Below are positions 1 through 12,394 of a stretch of DNA of 64,000 bases, one piece after another. The notes beneath the pieces were generated by a model. The model was not told the origin of the DNA and did no database searches. It saw only the letters and a program-made list of their open reading frames with translations. Position numbers and translations under genes: made by a program. Source of the stretch: Glycera tridactyla (Eukaryota); contig OZ286467.1 in the NCBI GenBank assembly GCA_965644265.1, forward strand, positions 51,770,001-51,834,000. The letters run 5' to 3'. The stretch's first letter is position 1, and every line of letters starts with the position of its first letter.

Positions 1-240
1 CTCCGCTCAGTCTCATTCCCATTCACTAATCATGTCACATTTGACATTTGAATTCATGTAAGACTTTCTCCTTCACTGACATCCACTCCTCTCTCCTCGC
101 AAATCTGTGAGAAAGTATTTCTTATGTGCAATAGTGTCAGCCCTGAAACAAATTCTTCTTGATTTTGAAATAGACTGTGAGTTGTTTTTCCCTGTCCCTT
201 GCGAGCTATTATGGAGATGACTTCCATGTTCTATGAGATA

Positions 241-416
241 CAGTGAAACCTGCTCGAGAGTAAACCTGCGCTAGGCAAAATCCTGTCTTAAGCACATACC
301 CCACAATCGGCCGGTTGTTTTTTTCTCACTATAATTGTCCTGCGCTAAGCAAAATCCTGTCTTAAGTGAAAGAAAAATTTGGTCCCGTGACTTTTCACTT
401 AAGACAGGTTTCACTG
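241..416 (+). mobile_element. Tc1/mariner(pogo)-type MITE, family 1
   Basis: Terminal inverted repeats CAGTGAAACCTG/CAGGTTTCACTG with TA on both flanks; near-identical copies at 43879-44054 and 54647-54823. Confidence 0.8.
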
Positions 417-1509
417 TACCAAGATGTTGGTGGGGACGGAAAAAATGGAAGTGTGACATCACTATGTATCTCCACATTATATAGAACTGAACTGATATCC
501 AACGTTCAATTACTGTATCTGTAATACAAGTTTCTTGCATGTATATGATGTTGTATTGGATGTGTTTCACTGTGTGAATGTTTTACTTTGTTTATTCTTC
601 ATTTTCTATTTAGTGCCTGTTAAAATGTGTGATACGCCAAAAAATAAAGTTTTTTGAATTTGTAGTTATGATTACATTTGTACATTGTATTTCTTGCATA
701 GGGCTATCTTCGTATAGGGCATGGTTTGCACAGTGCTTAAAAGTCATTGTGAATCCTTGGAAGTGCTTGAATTTGATTGCTGTCTTGAAATATATGAGAA
801 ATCATGGAGAAGTACTTGAAATATGGCAAATCCAGCTGGGAGGTTGCGGATTCGTGGCATATTTTGTGATAAATGCTATGGAAGACAACAAATAATAACT
901 CTGAATGAAAATATGTTTCACAATACACCATTGAAATGCATGAATTACATCTTCAGAAATCATCTGACTGACTCCTAAGTTGCAATTTTTGGTAGCCAGT
1001 CAATACATTGCCATTACACCACCTCTAAAAAACCAGGGGCAGCTGGCTCCTAACTTAAAAAAATGGTAGCCGGAGTTCAAACATGGTAGCAATTGGCTGT
1101 CCACAGGTAGCAACGTAGAGCCCTGTGACAGACTTTACCTGCTCTTAGTCTAGAATTGTTTGTGCATGGGCTGATGATGCTGCCCCATAGCCTGAGATGG
1201 ACATGGTAAATCAGTCCTGCTAACTGGGTGTCATGAGTCATCCAGGCTGATGAATCAATTAGCTAAAACTGTGGAGATGCAGGTGGGGGGTTAGTAGAGA
1301 AGGGTTGTATATCCCACACTCCTGCATCCTGCATTCACATCCCTCTTCGGACCCCCTGCCCTTCCCCCAACTGCTGGGATTTGACAGTTCATAGCCAAGC
1401 CATGAGAGAGGACATATTGATTGACTGACAATGTAGGCTCATGGTTGGGCTCCACAGTTGTACAGTGAAACTATGATGATAATTCCCATTTGAGATACCA
1501 CCTCTGATT

Positions 1510-2130
1510 ATGCCTTGGGTGTGCAAAATGCCGAAGGAGCATTATATTAGACTCTGGTGTTGAAGGGTTGGTTGAGAGTGTTAATGATAATTTCCTGAAA
1601 ATAACTCATAAAGTTTGAGGGTTAGCCATCTCAAACTTGCCGCACAGACTCTGTTATGCTATGGCAAGCCACTTATTGATTTGGGGGTGGCCATCTTGTG
1701 TGGTTTGGGGGCCATCTTGAATATCAAGGTCACTAGGTGCAAAAAGGTCAAAATAGTTTCTGGAAAATAACTTCGAAAGTTTGAGAAGTGCATAGACTCT
1801 CTTAGGCTCTGACCAGGCACTCATTCATTTGGGCGAGGTCATCTTGAATTTCAAGGTCACTAATTGCAAAAACGTCAAAACAGTTTCCGGACAATGTCTT
1901 AAAACGTTATAGGGCCAGCCATCTTGAACTTGGACAACTCACTCTCCTAGACTATGACAAGGCAGCAATTTTTTTTGGAAGGCCATCTTGAATTTCAAGG
2001 TCACCAAGTGCAAAAAGGTCAGAACAGTTTCTGAACAATAACTTGAAAAAGTTCAGTACTAGCCATCTCAACCTTGGTGCATAGACTCTCAATATTTTGA
2101 TCAGATTCAACAAAGCAACTTAGTGATCAG
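1510..2130 (+). repeat. Degenerate tandem array (about 130-145 bp units), probably HINE-like
   Basis: GCCATCTTGAATTTCAAGGTCAC...CAAAAAGGTCA recurs at about 1711, 1838 and 1982. Confidence 0.5.
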
Positions 2131-2284
2131 CAATTAGATTTATTCAAGACATTCTATGTTGTACCTTGGAGATTGTAGAACCATCTGTGTGTCCATACTT
2201 CAGTGATTGACGGTGTCCAATACATCAAAAGACATCTTCCACTGCAAAAAACACAAATCTACTAACCCATAAACAATAATTGAA

Positions 2285-2520
2285 TACATCTTATACTGTG
2301 GAGATGACATTGTTCTTGGTTCTTTGGATTTTTGAAGAATACCAACTTTGCTTACTTTGGAACAATTCTTGAAACGATTTTGACGACGTTTCGGCTCCGC
2401 CTAGGAGTCTTGATCACGTGATGTAACATGCGATCCGGGATAATGCTCAGGTGACAGGAGGAGGTTGTACACGGGTGGGAGGTTGTAGCCCAGGTCTACT
2501 TCGGTATTTACTGACCCTCC
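2285..2520 (-). mobile_element. Penelope-like element 3' fragment (ORF C-terminus plus terminal hammerhead-like motif)
   Basis: Minus frame DLGYNLPPVYNLLL resembles the NRDxGYxLPPVY end of PLE GIY-YIG ORFs. It is followed by GTGATCA-A-stem-GAAACGTC at 2417-2385. Confidence 0.6.
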
Positions 2521-4104
2521 TGAAAATTTGCGTGCATTTGGCTGGTGGACAGGTGTTGGTCTATTTCTCTGGTAACCTTTTCCTTTGATCAGAAGTAATG
2601 AATTTATTGTCAAGACATAACACCACATTTTTGACTCCACCACCAACAAAAGTCCTTGATTCCCTACAAGATGTCTGCATGTGTACCTGTGCATGTATGA
2701 TTCTGATGAACAAACCTCAGCAAGATATGGGTTGGTGGTCCTTAGGTAGTCACACACATGGCAGATGAGTGGGAATGAGCTCCTTGGTAAGATCCTTACA
2801 CATGTACATGTCCAGCTCACCAGAGAGCCTAGTTAAAGATTGTTTTCCTTTCTGTGCATGCACAAATTTCAGAGCTTCAGATGTCCTGAGTGGTGAGTTG
2901 GCCACATGGCCCATGGACTAGAAACGTCATGGGTCATAACTCAAAATTGATGGGCCATCTTTTGTTTTTTATTGGTTGATAGAGGCAAAAATGCTGGGTC
3001 AGTGGACCCATAGTAGGATATATTGATAGGTCAAAATGTAAAAAATGTGGGGAAAGGGTGTTCCCCCACTGACAATCTGAAGCTCTGAGATTTGGGTGAG
3101 TGAATTAATTTTTTGGGAGAGTGATTCTTCCAGTCTGCTCTCCCAATGAGAGAGTTACTGAAAAGGTTTTCCATGAAGACTGTGAGGGGGTCCTCCGTCG
3201 CAGGTTTCTGAGTATGACTTCTTACTGCTGATACCCTTGCTGCTGGTATTATCTCATTAATATGGGTACTCTGGTAGCTAAGAACGGCAGATGAGCATGT
3301 AAAATTGATGGTTGTAGACACAGCGTCTGACTTTTTAACTATGTTTGTCTCCATCTGTCTGTTCAGCTAATTGGAGGTGATTGAGAAGCTGGCTGATAAC
3401 TAACAGTAGGTGATGGGCCTGATTTTCCACACCTCCAGCAGCCAGCCATGCTCCCCTGTCCTAGCTTGTCACACTCACCACTATGTGGGGGGCGTGTCTC
3501 AACCACCAAAAGACAGTTGAATTGATGTCTGATCCGGTGTCGGACAGGTGTGGCTTGTCCAGTGTGGGAATCTTCACACTTATGCCAATTGTAGAACCAT
3601 TTGTGTGTCCATACTTCAGTAATTGACCGTGTCTTCGGGTTCAGGAGAGTGAAAAACCCACTTAATCTCCTGATGGGAGAGAGTAACCCTTTCCTTTGAC
3701 CAGAAGTAATGAATTCATTGTCAAGACATAACACCACATTTTTGACTCCACCACTAACAAAAACCCTTGATTCATTTCCCTACAGGATGTCTGCATGTAT
3801 ACCTGTGCATGTATGATATTGATGAACAAACCTCAGCAAAATATGGGTTGGTGGTCCTTAGGTAGTCACTCATATGGCAGATGAGTGGAATGAGCTCCTT
3901 GATATGATCCTTACTCACATACATGTCCAGCTCACCAGAGAGCCTAGTTAAAAAAGTGTTTTCCTTTCTGTGCATGCACAAATTTGGGTGAGTGAATGCA
4001 TTTCTTTGGGAGTGTGTTTCTTCCAGTCCGCTCTCCCGATGAAAAGGCTGAAAAGGTTTTCCATGAAGACTGTTAGGGGGTCCTCCACCGCAGGTTTCAG
4101 AGTA

Positions 4105-4285
4105 CAGTGATGCCAATTTTCGGAAAATTTTCGGAATTCTGAAAATTCTGTCAAAATTTTAGATTTTGGAAGTGCTGCAATCTGACTGGAAGTTCCAGAA
4201 AAGATACTTTCGGGAATATTTAGGGGCAGTATCAGAAAATCAAACTATATTTCCGAAAATTGAGCTTCATCTCATTGGCATCCTT
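4105..4285. mobile_element. MITE with CAGTGATGCCAA...TTGGCATC ends (related copy at 6587-6772)
   Basis: Terminal inverted similarity, with internal similarity shared between the two copies. Confidence 0.55.
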
Positions 4286-5420
4286 GACAGAATGACTGCT
4301 TACTGCTGATACCCTTGCTGCTGGTATCATCTCATTAATATGGGTACTCTGCTAGCTAAGAACGGCAGATGAGCATGTAAAATTGATGGTTGTAGACAGA
4401 GCGTCTGACTTTTTAACTATGATTGTCTCCATCTGTCTCTTCAGCTAATTGGAGGTGATTGAGAAGCTGGCTGATAACTAACAGTAGGTGATGGGCCTGA
4501 TTTTCCACACCTCCAGCAGCCAGCCATCTCCTCTGTCCTAGCTTGTCACACTCACCCCTATGTGGGGGGCGTGTCTCAACCACCAAAAGACAGTTGAATT
4601 GGACGTCTGACCCGGTGTCGGACAGGTGTGGCTCGTCCAGTGTGGGAATCTTCACACTTATCACCCCCAACCTACTGGTGTTTGATCCAAGCCATGCTGA
4701 AAATGGCATTGCTGCTTCGGCAAAATCTGCTAAATTAGATTTGTCCTAGTGCTAGTGTTATAGTACTTGAAACAAACGGATGGAGGTTGGGGTGATGAGG
4801 GTCAACATTCTCACATCACCCTTGTTGGCACAAGCCATTAGCCAGGGGCTGATACTTCACTCATCTGGCAAAAGAAATTGACAAGTCTTTAGCCAAACTG
4901 GCTAAAAGAAATTAGACTGAAGCCGACAGAGACTGACTATATCCCTATATATAGCTCATATAGAGTCATGAGACACCTGTGTCTTATGATATTAGGAGGC
5001 TGTAAAACAAAGTTCTCATGTCTGAAACATGAAACACCACTTTGGATAGATAGTGAATGTAAAACTGAAGTCTTTCCACAATACTTTTGGCTAAAGCATG
5101 ATCAATTTGGCTAAGAATGTTATGGCTACTTTAGGCCAATTTTCTACATGAAATATTACCCTAGCAATCACCCCCCCCCCCCCCCCCTGCATACTTCATG
5201 TAAATTCTGTGCCTTTGGGCAGCCAGCCTTTTGCTGCCAATCAAATCTAGGCTGGATGAATTATCACAAACGAACCCTCTACCCAAGATGAAGGGAAGCA
5301 GAGATGCCAACCATTACAATATTGGAGTAATGATTACTCTTTTTGAGCCAAAATGTTGGCATTTTATGCACAACACTAATCAAAGAAATTTTGTATCCTC
5401 ACATCTGATTATCACAAATA

Positions 5421-5582
5421 CAGTCAAACCTCTCTATAAAGAAATACCTTCGGTTGCATAAATAATTGGCTTTCATAGGGAGGTGGTCTTTTTAGAGAGG
5501 TCATCTACTGTGGGAAATACTACCACTGCTGCAGCTCGGAGTGGCCTTTATAGACAGGTGGTCTTTGGAGGAGGTTTGACTG
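5421..5582. mobile_element. TA-flanked MITE of the GAGACCACCT/AGGTGGTCT family
   Basis: CAGTCAAACCTC/GAGGTTTGACTG terminal inverted repeats. Roughly two dozen or more related full or partial copies occur across the window (e.g. 11824, 13633, 22490, 32328, 38097, 44140, 48231, 54056). Confidence 0.75.
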
Positions 5583-7324
5583 TACTGCCATTGTGACTCT
5601 TCAAAATTGGCATCATTACTATTTTTGGTCATCATAGCTTGGCATACCTGTGATCCCCATCTTTAGTTGTTCCAACCCAACTCCCTTTACCTGCATGCGA
5701 GAAGCTTGATAAAGTCTGTCCAGTCAGATTGTGCAGGGTACGTTTTTCGACCGAGCATCGTAAATTTGCATCAGATTTAAATAAGACACTCAGACAGACA
5801 TTGTTGACATCTCCGGCGACTAGAAATGTAATCTTGGCGAAGTTACCTTGTATATTAACCAGAGCGCTCCAAATATGTCAATTTCATGCTGCTTTCAAGG
5901 GCATCAGCCATATCTCCACTGTTTCATACCCAAATATTCACTGATAATGTGGCAGGTTCGCCAAAAAAATTCAATGAAATGATGGCGTTATCCTCTTCAA
6001 AAGTATGCCGACTACCTGAAACCAGGTTCGACAATTGCCGGAATTCCTATACAATACATTCGTGCCATTAAAACTCAGATCAGGTGAAAAATGGCATATT
6101 TTTTGTTTAGTTTAATGGCTGACACTAATGGAGGAATCAGAAGAATTTTTGCTTTTTCACATGATTGAACATAGTATGGTGTGAATATATACACGTATGA
6201 GGTTGATGGTTGCAGACGGGATGTCTCCCTTTCTAAATATGTTTGTCCGATCTGTCTGATCATCCAATTACACGAGTAATTGGCTTGCTCCCCTGACAAC
6301 ATGCTGTGGATGATGGTATGTTTCCATGGCTCCTCCATCTGTTACTCTCATGTCCTGGCTTGTACTGCTGAGAGAATTGTAACAGTTTGTCTCATACAGT
6401 CGAACCTGACTACAATGACCACCCTAGGTCACATCATGAAGAGTTTTTTCTTTTAGACAAGTGGCCATCATTAAGGTTTTTTACTTTGGACAATTCATTC
6501 ATGGTCATCAACTCTAGGTTAACTTTAGAGGTGGTTGCTTGATTGGGTTTGATTTTTATACTGGTAGAAGTTGATAGTCATATAGGCAGTGGTGCCAAAT
6601 TTCTGATTTTTTTTGGTGAATTCTGAAAATTGAATGATTAATTAGAATTGAGGAGTTGCTGCAATCTGGCCGAAAGTTTCAAGAAAGATACTTTCCAAAA
6701 TATCGGAATGTATTTTCACAACATTCTACCTAGAATTTCACAAGATTTTGCTACATTTCATTGGCATCACAGCACAGTTCCACCTGCTTAAAAAGCTACC
6801 CCATACTCCTTTGGGTTGATACATGCCGCTAGACCTCAACCTGCCTACAGTGACCACGCCATAATTTGAATACAATATCATTTCATACATGAAAGATCAT
6901 CAACAAATTTGAACTGTCTTTCTGGAAAATCAATCTGCCCTTCTTATATAATGTGCATATCATTTATGGTCATTTTCAATCTGCCTACCAGGATGATCTA
7001 CCTGCCCCACCTAGGTATATGTTCTCAACTTGCATAAGTAACTCAATCATAGGAGTCATCAATATTCCAGACATAATGTCTGTCTTTCTAACTGTGTTTG
7101 TCTATCTGTCTGATCACCCCATCATGGGTGATGGAGCTCTCCCCTCACAGCAGTCAGCAGGTGATGGGTGGACTTCCTGGATCCCCCTCACCTCTCCCTA
7201 TGGTAGAGCTCATGTCCCGTCTTGTCCTGCGCATCTCAGTTTGACACCTTGTGGGAGACAACAGTATTGAATATATTAGCTTTTTACAGCCATTTACACT
7301 GTACACAGAACAGCAATATATTAT

Positions 7325-7520
7325 TCTTAGTTCCAAGATGATCCATAATCGAAGTATTTTTCACTTACTTTAGAACAAAAATGCAGATGATTTCATGCTG
7401 TCTCAGCCACTATTCTAGAGTTCTTGGTCATGCGATGGATTATGGTGCTGTGTCGCCGCTCAGAATCTAGGAGGTTGTACACTGGTGGAAGGGCATGTAC
7501 CCCTGGTCTCGGTTCATTGA
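7325..7520 (-). mobile_element. Second, more decayed Penelope-like 3' fragment
   Basis: NRDQGY..PVYNLL with a frameshift. The downstream tail (ttgttctaaagtaag...gaactaagaa) resembles the tail of the 2285-2520 copy. Confidence 0.5.
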
Positions 7521-9885
7521 TCCTAAATGAGAGACCACCTTTATACAAAGACCTCCCCTCTACAAAGGCCAATCTGAGTACGAACTATGAAAGTATTTTC
7601 TACAATAAATAGACTCTCTACCAAAGCTACCTGTCTTCAAAAGCCAATTTTTGTGTAATCAAGGGGTCTTTGTGGATAGGTTAAATTTAGCTGTATTTTT
7701 TCATTCGGTGTGTTTGCTTTGTTCTGATATATTTGTATCATGCTCTTGTTTCTGTCTGCATGTGATATGATTTGTATGACTATGTTTGCGGAAGTAACTG
7801 TCTTTACCTAATAAAGTTCCTCTCATTGTCATTGCCATTATCATCACAGTCTTTGACACCATCACCGCCTAGAGCTCTACATTGAATTTTCCCTTGAGCT
7901 GTCCTTCGCGTAGCCATTGGGATGGTAGACTGATAGAACTACATGCCCCGACAACTGGTTCTTTATGCCGGTAGGGGCAGCCCTTAGTGTGAAGCTCTGT
8001 TTCAACTGCCAACTGCCCATAATCTCCCCACTAAAATGTTTGAACCTTCCTGCTTTGATAGCTTTCATCCTGGATCCTAAGATTGCATCTCAGACATTGG
8101 GGATCGAGTCTGAAGCCTGTGAACCAGCCAGCGAGCCTCCCTGCTGTGAGCAGACAAGGTGATCATAAAGAGCTGAGTGTATACAAAGAAATATGATGAC
8201 CATTAACAGTGTCTCTGTGGTGGATTTGTTTGTTTGCTCGCGAGTGCCAGGCCAGTCTGATTGACTCACTGTCTGTAGGAATGTATCCAGGATCTGTGTC
8301 GAAGTCAAACCTGTCCTAAGAAGCATGGAAATTTAACACCTGCCTTTTGGACTCGGCCATCGTAACTGGGTAGCAGCAAGCCATCAAATTACAGTATATC
8401 ATCTCACTTTCCCAATTCCCCATAGGTAACTCCAGAGATGCCAACCATGATGACAACTTTGGAGCTAGTATTCTGGCATTTCAAGTTAACATTACTAAAA
8501 TAAAATGTATTCTCTTATTTGATCTTTGCAAATATTGACGTCATTCCTCTCAAAAATTGGCATTATCATCATTTTTGGCCACCAAAGATTAGCGTTTGTG
8601 TAACTCATCAATTGTCATTTTTGGCCACCAAAGATTGGCATTTGTGTAACTCATCAAATTTGCAGCCATAAATGAAGCAAGCTGTCGAATGTGACAGATA
8701 TACAAGCCTTTTGAGGCTGGTAGCTTTGATCATATGGACTTGAGTATGTTTTTCCCATTGGACATCAATGGGAAACAGCTGTGGTTCTGACATGAATGTG
8801 TTTTCACAGTCAGTTGAAGTTAGCATGGGGCAGTGAATGAAAGATGTCAATTTTATCCTCTTGATAAGTATGACATGGTCAGCCATTTGTCAGATTAGTT
8901 TCTGAATTTCATTTGGCTTAAATTCCTCTTATTCTGAAAAAAAAGATGAAAGAAATTCTTTGGCAATTTCCTGGATCATCATGCAGATCATTATATTGCT
9001 TCCTCAAATTGAAGTTTAACAGCACAAAGATTCACGTGTCCAAAATTCAAAATACAGTGGAACCTTTGATAAGCAACCATCCTCGGGTAATGAAAAAGTG
9101 GTTGCTTGAGACAGGCGGTTGCTTCATACTGGCGAATTATAATGAAAGAAACTTCAGCAGGAAATCAGAAAGCAGATGTGTAAGACAGATGGCTGCTGAA
9201 TACAGTGATTGCTTAATGCAGGTTACTGTTTGGCTAAAGGAATTATGAAAGTGAAGTAAAACATCCCAGATTGGTTCAGCATCTCATTTGTCACATCATG
9301 TTGCAAAAACTTATCACTGTATACGACCCTAACCCAAGACTCAATGCCTTTTTGCAAATAAAGTATTTTCACAGTTTACAGTTCTCATGATCAACCACTC
9401 CAGATGGTGCAATTCAACATACATGTATTAGTATATTCTGCACTTGCATACTTTTTCTCAAGGATTCTCGGATTCACATTATACAGGTGGTCACTCATAG
9501 GATTTACTGTATGATGTACAGTTAGACCGAAAGTATTTCATGGGGTGGGCATAGACTTTATGTGTTCAGTCCAGTCTTGAGAGATGTTCACCAATTGAAT
9601 CAGATCACCCAATTAAGAGTAACTGAGAGTGTGGTAATGACAAGTGAACAAGTGACTGTGGGTGATCACCTCTAACCAGATTCTCCCAGCATCTTCACCA
9701 GTGATGGGGTCATCCTGTTTGGTCAGTGGCCCCCAACAGGACACTTCCTCAGGGACAGTCAAATTGCTACATGAAATTTGCTACATGAAATATTGTTCTA
9801 GCACCAACACAGACAGTTGAAAACTGGATACATAGGTTAAGTATTCTCCAAACCCCATGCTTTCCATGTTTCGAGGATAACATTT

Positions 9886-11625
9886 GGCTGAAATCAAAAG
9901 TGTTGAAAATTGCTCATGTTTGGAGCCAACTGACTGGCTTCAGTCAAGGTCCCATTGTCTGTAGAGTTGTGCTCAAGGAGGCATTTCACACACTGGGTCA
10001 GAGGCCACAATGCCCCCACCCTCCTCCCCCAGTCCACCACTCAAACCAGTGAGAAGCTTGAGCTGTATATTTGAACATTGGTGCAATCCATAATAAAATA
10101 ATTTGTAAAGAAATACCCCTATCCTTCAAACTTATTGAGTCCCACATTCTGGAAATCCTAGTTACAACCCAGTAGAATAAAGTGGGAATTTATAAAATTC
10201 TTCAGATCATTGCCTGGTTACTTGATCTTAAGGAAGTAGGGCAGGTGTGAATAATGTCTCACTGGTCTGTGAGCCACTTGGTTATCACACCTGTACCTGA
10301 GGAGCCTTTGATGTGGTTGGTGAGCCAGGTGTGAGAGTGGCCCAGGAGGCCTGTGAGCTGAGATTGTCACACCTTGACTGCATGCTGTGCAGATACACAG
10401 AGGTGTGAAGTGAGCTTACCTGGATGAGTGAATGAATGGCTTGTCACACCTGTGTTCTTTGATGACTATCCATGTGTGAGCAGGGGGGGGGGGGGACAGG
10501 TGTGTATGTTGATTAGTTGGGGGGGGGGGGGCAATAATCATCTCACATTTACACTCATCATATCTGATGGAATCTAAAAAAAATGCAAATAATACCTGTG
10601 CCCGTTTTATGCCTGTGTTTTTGTGACTCAATAAAGGAAAGCTCTTCTTCACAAGATAGTGACATAAACTTTTGTTAGGGGAATTCATGTATTATCAAAC
10701 ATGTGTTGAGCAACCACCCTCAGGAAGCAAAAAAGTGGGTGCCTTGGCTGAAATCAAAAGTGTTGAAAATTGCTCATGTTTGGAGCCATCTGACTAGCTT
10801 CAGTCAAGGTCCCATTGTCTTTTGAGTTGTGCCCAGGGAGGCATTTCACACATTGCATTGAGTATGGGCCCCTATGAACAGAGGTCATAGGCCACAATGC
10901 CCCAAACTCTCCTCCCCTAGCCCACCACTGAAAACCAGTGAGCGGGTTGACTTGTATATTTGAACATTGCTGCAATACATATTAAAATAATTTGTAAAGA
11001 AATACCTCCATTCCTCAAACTTATTGAGTCCCACATTCTGGAAATCCTGGTTACATTAGAGAAAGGGAGGATTTATTAAATTCCTCAGATCATTGCCTGG
11101 TTACAAGATCTTAAGGAAGTAGGGCAGGTGTGAATGATATCTCACTGGTCTGTGAGCCATTTGGTTATCACACCTGTACCTGAGGAGCCTTTGATGTGGT
11201 TGATGAGCCAGGTGTGAGAGTGGCCCAGGAGGCCTGTGAGCTGAGATTGTCACACCTTGACTGCATGCTGTGCAGGTACACAGGGGTGTGAAGTGTGGTT
11301 ACCCGGATGAGTGAGTGGTTGGCTTGTCACACCTGTGTTCTTTGATGATAATCCATGTGTGAGCGGGGGGGGGGGGGGGGGGGGACAGGTGTGTATGTTG
11401 ATTAGTGTGTGGGGGGGGGGGGGATAATCATCTCACATTTACACTCATCATATCTGATGAAATTTGAAAGAAAATGCAAATAATCACTGTGCCTGTTTTC
11501 TGCCTGTGTTTTCATAACTCAATAAAGGAAAGCTCCTCTTCACTAAATACAGATATAAATTTTTGTTCCAGGAATTCATGTAACATCAAACATGTGTTGA
11601 GCAACCACCCCCAGGAAGGAAAAAT
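9886..11625. repeat. Tandem duplication of a unit of about 860-880 bp
   Basis: GGCTGAAATCAAAAGTGTTGAAAATTGCTCATG starts both units (about 9887 and 10747), and the units are collinear throughout. Confidence 0.9.
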
Positions 11626-12194
11626 GTGGATGCTTAAGAAAGGTGGCAATTACTGAGAACCTGTAGTTGAAAATGATACAGTGGGAAATTGAGAAGTGGT
11701 TGCTTTAGAAAGGCGGTTGCTTATTGGGGTGGTTGATCCGTGCCACTATATCTCAGCAACTGATCAGATTTTCATTGATGACAGAATAGCTAATTTTTCT
11801 TTTACTAGTGATCACTTGCCTATACAGTCGAACCTTCTCTAAAGGCCACCTCTCTATACAGACCACCTGTCTATAAAGGCCACCCTGAGCTGTGACCGTG
11901 GTAGTATTTTCAACAGTAAATGACCTCTTGATAAATGTCACCTCCTGTAAAGGTCACTCTTTGATGTAACCAAAGGCGTTTTATATAGAGAGGAAACCTG
12001 TGATGAGACCCGCCAAGAGAAACCTCCACTGATGGGAGACTGCTTTTTGAGGGCAGTGTTTCTCTTTGAGAAAGTTACTTGGTTCATCTGCAGTACCATG
12101 TTGAAAGGAATCACTTGCCCATTTAGCTTGGGTGTTAGCTTCCAGCCTGCTACATAGTTAGATATGCCATCAAAGGTTTATTATGTGTGTTCAG

Positions 12195-12394
12195 ATTAGG
12201 TAGAGGTGTGTCTGAACTGTCAGCTACTTCCACTTGACAACCTTTCAGGTTCCCCATCAACTTGTGTTCAGGGTTTGTGAGAGTGATTTCTGCAGGGGAG
12301 AGAACATCTAGCTTTCATTAACCAGGAACACACGGCATACATAACCCACGGGTTGATACATGCCGTTAAACCTCAAAGAAAGAAAGAAAGAAAG
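12195..12394 (+). mobile_element. SINE-like interspersed repeat with a (GAAA)n tail (related copy at 20975-21145)
   Basis: Two copies share GGTAGAGGTGTGTCT...CTAGCTTTCATT...ACACGGCAT...CCTCAA; simple-repeat tail. Confidence 0.5.

Larger units (their letters stand above)
2165..4660 (-). repeat. Nested local duplications of a decayed coding-like sequence
   Basis: Approximate duplicate blocks: 3219-3580 and 4297-4659; 2565-2870 and 3690-3985; 3100-3210 and 4010-4105; 2170-2215 and 3590-3630. Confidence 0.8.
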
